Positions 23,701-29,356 of a stretch of 29,356 nucleotides of DNA are shown here, piece after piece. The notes beneath the pieces were generated by a model. It had not been told where the DNA came from and did not search any database. It saw only the letters and a list, made by a program, of their open reading frames with translations. Each line of letters starts with the position of its first letter. Position 1 is the stretch's first letter. The position numbers and the translations under genes are program-made. Source of the DNA: Kofleriaceae bacterium (GTDB lineage: Bacteria; Myxococcota_A; Polyangia; Haliangiales; Haliangiaceae); assembly GCA_046597055.1 (NCBI GenBank), contig JBKJLC010000105.1, positions 1 to 29,356 of the forward strand. Reading direction: 5' to 3'.

Positions 23701-25022
23701 GGGGCCGGCTTGCGCTGCGGGAGATCGTCGAAGAAGCCCGCGGGCGCGATGATGTCGTCGAGGACCGGCGCCGGCCCTCTGGGCTGCGGGAGATCGTCGA
23801 AGAAGCCCTTGGGCGAGGGGTCGGCGGCGGGCGCTGGCCCTTTGGCCTGCGGGAGATCGTCGAAGAAACCCTTGGGCGCGAGCTCCGCGCCGGCCGGGGG
23901 GCCCTTGGCCTGCGGGAGATCGTCGAAGAAACCCTTGGGCGCGAGCTCCGCGCCGGCCGGGGGCCCCTTGGCCTGCGGGAGATCGTCGAAGAAACCCTTG
24001 GGCGCGATCTCGTGGAGGGTCGCCGTGGGGCCCTTGGGCTGGGGGAGATCGTCGAAGAAACCCTTGGGCGCGATCTCGTGGGGGGTCGCCGCGGGGCCCT
24101 TGGGCTGGGGGAGATCGTCGAAGAAACCCTTGGGCGCGATCTCGCCCGGCGTGGGCGACGGTCCCTTGGGCGCCGGCAGCATGTCGGCGAGGGTCGGGCC
24201 CTCGGGCGCCGGCAGGTCGTCGAACAGATCTCCGGGCTTTGCGCTGGTTGCCCGCTTGGGCGCGGGCAGGTCGGGGAGGTCGGCACCGCGCTTGGGCGCG
24301 GGCAGGTCGGGCGCACCGGACGCTCGCTTGGGCGCGGGCAGGTTGGGCACCGAGGCACGCTTGGGCGCCGGCAGCTCGGGCAGATCGGAGGCGCGCTTGG
24401 GCGCGGGCAGGTCGGGGAGGTCGGCGCCACGCCGTGCGCCCGGCACCTCGGGCACCGAGGCCCGCTTGGGCGCGGGTAGCTCGGGCAGATCGGAGGCGCG
24501 CTTGGGCGCGGGTAGCTCGGGCAGGTCGGAGGCGCGCTTCGGGACCAGCAGGTTATCGCCGAACGCCGGGCGACGGTCGGGCGGGGCGCCGACCGCCGGC
24601 GGCCCCACCATCGGGCCGGTCCGGCCGGTCGGTCCCACCGGCGCGAGCAGATCGATGCTGTCGAGCGTGAGCGGCTCGACGCCGCGTGCCGGCGGCGGCC
24701 CCTTCGGCGCCGGCAGGTCGAGGCCGAGGTCGGTGGTCGACAGGCCCGACGGGACCGCGCCTCGCGGCGGCGGCAGGTCGATCGAGTCCATCTCGGGGCG
24801 CGGCGGACTTCCGCCGTCCGGCGGCCGCGGGGGCGACGAAATGCGTTTGGGCGCGGGCAGATCGGCGAGATCGATCTTGTCGCCGGCACCTCCGCCCGAG
24901 GCCCCGGGGATGCCGATTCGCGCCTTGCACGCCGCGCAAGACACGGTCTTGCCGCCCGGCGGGATGTCCCCAGGCGCGAAGCGGTACACGGCGCCGCAGA
25001 CAGCGCAGGCCACCTCCATCAT
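20730..25022 (-). CDS. Large membrane protein: MJ0042-type zinc ribbon, Pro-rich repeat linker, single TM, TPR array
   Basis: MEVACAVCGAVYRF...VSCAACKARI; LPAPKR and GFFDDLPQ repeat arrays; TM (LMRVLLAAAVALAGVGTGGFYLY); many TPRs to the C-terminus. Start among ATG 25028/25022/25019; the extension to 26585 in the track is antisense to serS. Confidence 0.88.
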   Translation of the reverse strand: MMEVACAVCGAVYRFAPGDIPPGGKTVSCAACKARIGIPGASGGGAGDKIDLADLPAPKRISSPPRPPDGGSPPRPEMDSIDLPPPRGAVPSGLSTTDLGLDLPAPKGPPPARGVEPLTLDSIDLLAPVGPTGRTGPMVGPPAVGAPPDRRPAFGDNLLVPKRASDLPELPAPKRASDLPELPAPKRASVPEVPGARRGADLPDLPAPKRASDLPELPAPKRASVPNLPAPKRASGAPDLPAPKRGADLPDLPAPKRATSAKPGDLFDDLPAPEGPTLADMLPAPKGPSPTPGEIAPKGFFDDLPQPKGPAATPHEIAPKGFFDDLPQPKGPTATLHEIAPKGFFDDLPQAKGPPAGAELAPKGFFDDLPQAKGPPAGAELAPKGFFDDLPQAKGPAPAADPSPKGFFDDLPQPRGPAPVLDDIIAPAGFFDDLPQRKPAPPPAPSSPPVVTRPAPPSVPPPVATPPVSRHSEPAGSRPGPLDLDGLDLASPIGSPAIELESNAATTRTSIRQAEHSDPPSLELGDNDALPGLDLSPSSARGGVVSFKPATDEPLDTARPLTTADPAALDLAGPPRRDPPAKPLARPVGPAVSTTDPAKPEKAPKKGRSPRLMRVLLAAAVALAGVGTGGFYLYRRHAAAEQRTVDIARGLRVSRDAMLAGDRQHWVRAIAAARGVLAKDPKHAEAAGLVAEALLAQSLDEGLDRERRVKEARSVLDPVRSAAPRFPAIERAATLDLLVDGDADASSKRLEALVAKRDLGAILYLGWAQLAGGQWDAAIASFERAQKETPKRPVPALYGLARAQLGKGDRAAARASFLALIELDKDHVGALVGEAEAMPAGDFVQREAAVLAILQRKDIAKANPAVIARAWTIAGDDARRAGRLDAARERYRKALALAPSDVATLVSSAALELRDNKLDAAATVSDSALGLAPADPGANLIAAELDIRRNRLPEAAARLTTLRDRTPPLAGEQLGRLHLLDGMRLEATDQFEPALGAYDQAVKSLGESEVAPVVAAATLLGRMASQAEATKDPDKAKALRARADEKLGRLASAADADPSVAVTLGVAYLSAGAPVQGEAWLRKALARRPRDVEAHFQLAEALRRQGKQDEAIATLVKAFELDPSRIDLGVELARSFEAAGRDADASALYKRLLDGRDVSMDVRVRAGRFFARIRDLDAARAQGEKILEVDPESAAGLFLRAESLLADGRPAEARRLFKKAVDGDPDPQYLDGLGRAGEAESATSGDTVQRDDALLAYIQASEQAPTMLNPVLGRARLHLARREYPKALAAYQAAQKIAPNDPVIPYGIGVAYDELEDREEATRWLSRAVAAQPRADAYYRLGTLHYEANRPGPSAAALSMATQLGLKEERDKGVNVPWLTNAYWLLGAAELARRNDRAVVRAWEAYLERGPTDKVQASEVRRELMGLRGR
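23710..24145 (-). repeat. Coding tandem repeat, 7 x GFFDDLPQ units (mostly 63-66 bp period)
   Basis: GGGAGATCGTCGAAGAA recurs 7 times on +, in frame with the 20730..25022 gene. Confidence 0.92.
24250..24550 (-). repeat. Coding tandem repeat, 7 x LPAPKR units plus degenerate copies (33-36 bp period)
   Basis: CGCTTGGGCGC(G/C)GG recurs on +; encodes DLP(E/D)LPAPKR(AS/GA). Confidence 0.92.
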
Positions 25023-25212
25023 CTGCATCGGATGATAGCGCGCGCGGCCGCGACTCGTTGCGCGGGAGCGGGCATTTCGACCGAGCGTCACCGCGCTCGG
25101 TCGCGGGGCCGGTCGCGGTCGCGGGCGACCTCGTCGTGTTCGGCTCACGCGATCGGCTCGCGCATGAAATGAACGTGGCCGCCCCCGCCGCCACGGTGAT
25201 CGAATCCGGCGC

Positions 25213-25241
25213 TTGCGGACGCGGTGGGGCGGCGGTAGGGT
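25213..25241 (+). promoter_or_regulatory. sigma70-type promoter of serS
   Basis: TTGCGG-N17-TAGGGT about 50 nt before ATG 25293. Confidence 0.55.
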
Positions 25242-25292
25242 CGGCGCCCCGCTTCGCCTGGCCAACTGCTCTCGATCGCTGGAGTTTCCGAC

Positions 25293-26600
<1,308 letters not shown>

Positions 26601-26603
26601 AGC

Positions 26604-26638
26604 TTTACAAGGTAGGCCTCATCCATATACTGCGCGTC
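26604..26638 (+). promoter_or_regulatory. Stable-RNA-type promoter of the tRNA cluster
   Basis: TTTACA-N16-TATACT followed by GC-rich discriminator GCGCGTC, 20 nt before the first tRNA. Confidence 0.75.
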
Positions 26639-26651
26639 ACCTCTGGCTCTC

Positions 26652-26735
<84 letters not shown>

Positions 26736-26836
26736 AAGGCTGACAACCGAATAGCTCGATCGTCGTTTCCCGTCCCGACCCTCATCCTGCGAGGGTCGGT
26801 GGCATGAAGGTGCATGGTCGCCCACGATCTCCGTCT

Positions 26837-26926
<90 letters not shown>

Positions 26927-26964
26927 CAAGGTTGGCTCACTAGTTAGATTTGGTGTGTTGTCAG

Positions 26965-27037
<73 letters not shown>

Positions 27038-27041
27038 CTAC

Positions 27042-27503
27042 ATGTCCGATCACGATCTGATGGCGTTGGCACTCGAAGAGGCACGTCTCGCCGGCCTGGC
27101 TGGCGATGTTCCGGTGGGCGCAGTCGTCATCGATGCCGACGGCGCGGTGATCGGTCGTGGTCACAATCGACGCGAAGTTGCGGGTGACCCAACCGCTCAC
27201 GCCGAGATCGAAGCGCTCCGCGATGCGGCGCGCGCGATCGGACACTGGCGCGTGGAGGCCACCTTGGTCGTCACGCAGGAACCATGTCCGATGTGTGCCG
27301 GCGCGCTCGTCAACGCGCGTGTTCGGCGGCTCGTGTATGGATGCGCCAACCCCAAGGCGGGCGCGGTCCATACGCTGTTCCAGTTGTGCTCGGATCCGCG
27401 CCTCAACCACCGGGTCGAGGTCGTCGCCGGCGTTCGCGCCGACGAGTGCGCCGCGGAGCTTCGGGCGTTCTTCGCGGCCTTACGCCGCGGCGGACAGAGT
27501 TAG
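27042..27503 (+). CDS. tadA: tRNA adenosine(34) deaminase
   Basis: VPVGAV, DPTAHAE, EPCPMC, NPKAGA, RLNH and FF..LR motifs. Confidence 0.96.
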   Translation: MSDHDLMALALEEARLAGLAGDVPVGAVVIDADGAVIGRGHNRREVAGDPTAHAEIEALRDAARAIGHWRVEATLVVTQEPCPMCAGALVNARVRRLVYGCANPKAGAVHTLFQLCSDPRLNHRVEVVAGVRADECAAELRAFFAALRRGGQS

Positions 27504-27510
27504 ATTTCAC

Positions 27511-27593
<83 letters not shown>

Positions 27594-27618
27594 CAAGCTG
27601 TGAACGTTCTGCGAACTT

Positions 27619-27704
<86 letters not shown>

Positions 27705-27761
27705 CTGCTCGGATCACGCTGATTTTTCTGGTACCAACGATCGAGCTATCGACCACGTTTA

Positions 27762-27847
<86 letters not shown>

Positions 27848-27931
27848 TTTTTTGAGCCGAGAGGCTATAGTGCCGGCGGCCCACGGGTCGCCGGCGCTGC
27901 TGTTTTCGGCGGGCTCGCGGGGCGCCGCCGC

Positions 27932-29356
<1,425 letters not shown>

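Noticed and set aside
23710..24145. CRISPR-like array (~30-bp repeat GGGAGATCGTCGAAGAAACCCTTGGGCGCGA, 63-66 bp period)
   Set aside because: Periods are multiples of 3, the 'spacers' resemble each other, the array is in frame in a long CDS encoding GFFDDLPQ, and there are no cas genes.
19275..24479. 1734-aa plus-strand ORF and other long track ORFs (e.g. 3058-4779, 16780-18579, 27746-29269)
   Set aside because: Antisense or off-frame shadows of clear genes; high GC makes stops rare and the products have no motifs.
25029..25292. T-box leader for serS; 10-bp hairpin CGACCGAGCG/CGCTCGGTCG at 25078-25103
   Set aside because: No T-box consensus or terminator/antiterminator; the hairpin is upstream of the predicted serS promoter and could be chance in GC-rich DNA.
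26800..26815. sigma54 promoter-like TGGCATGAAGGTGCAT
   Set aside because: GG to GC spacing is 9 nt, not the strictly required 10.

Overview
High-GC window that looks like two different genomes joined inside uvrB (taxonomy is my inference from protein style, not a search). Positions 1 to ~3.25 kb look actinobacterial: the 5' part of uvrA with a GAAC-N4-GTTC LexA box and a leaderless promoter, a GT-C-type membrane glycosyltransferase, and the uvrB C-terminus. From ~3.3 kb to the end it looks like Myxococcota core chromosome: the rest of uvrB, thiE, a small CxxCH cytochrome c, cpoB-pal, a sigma54 response regulator, a Ser/Thr kinase-TPR-lipoprotein cassette, a Cys-rich pseudo-metallopeptidase with a HEAT-repeat partner, a beta-barrel, an acyl-CoA synthetase coupled to selB, and a ~1430-aa zinc-ribbon/repeat/TM/TPR protein. 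It ends with serS, a cluster of all four tRNA-Ser plus tRNA-Arg(ACG), tadA, SRP RNA and dnaX. The best candidate for an undescribed element is a CTAG-bounded non-coding long hairpin present twice (6032-6196 and 16957-17088). Its stems differ between copies by compensatory changes while its purine-rich loops are conserved, and one copy carries a nested REP-like insert. No CRISPR array, transposase, phage or defence genes were seen.
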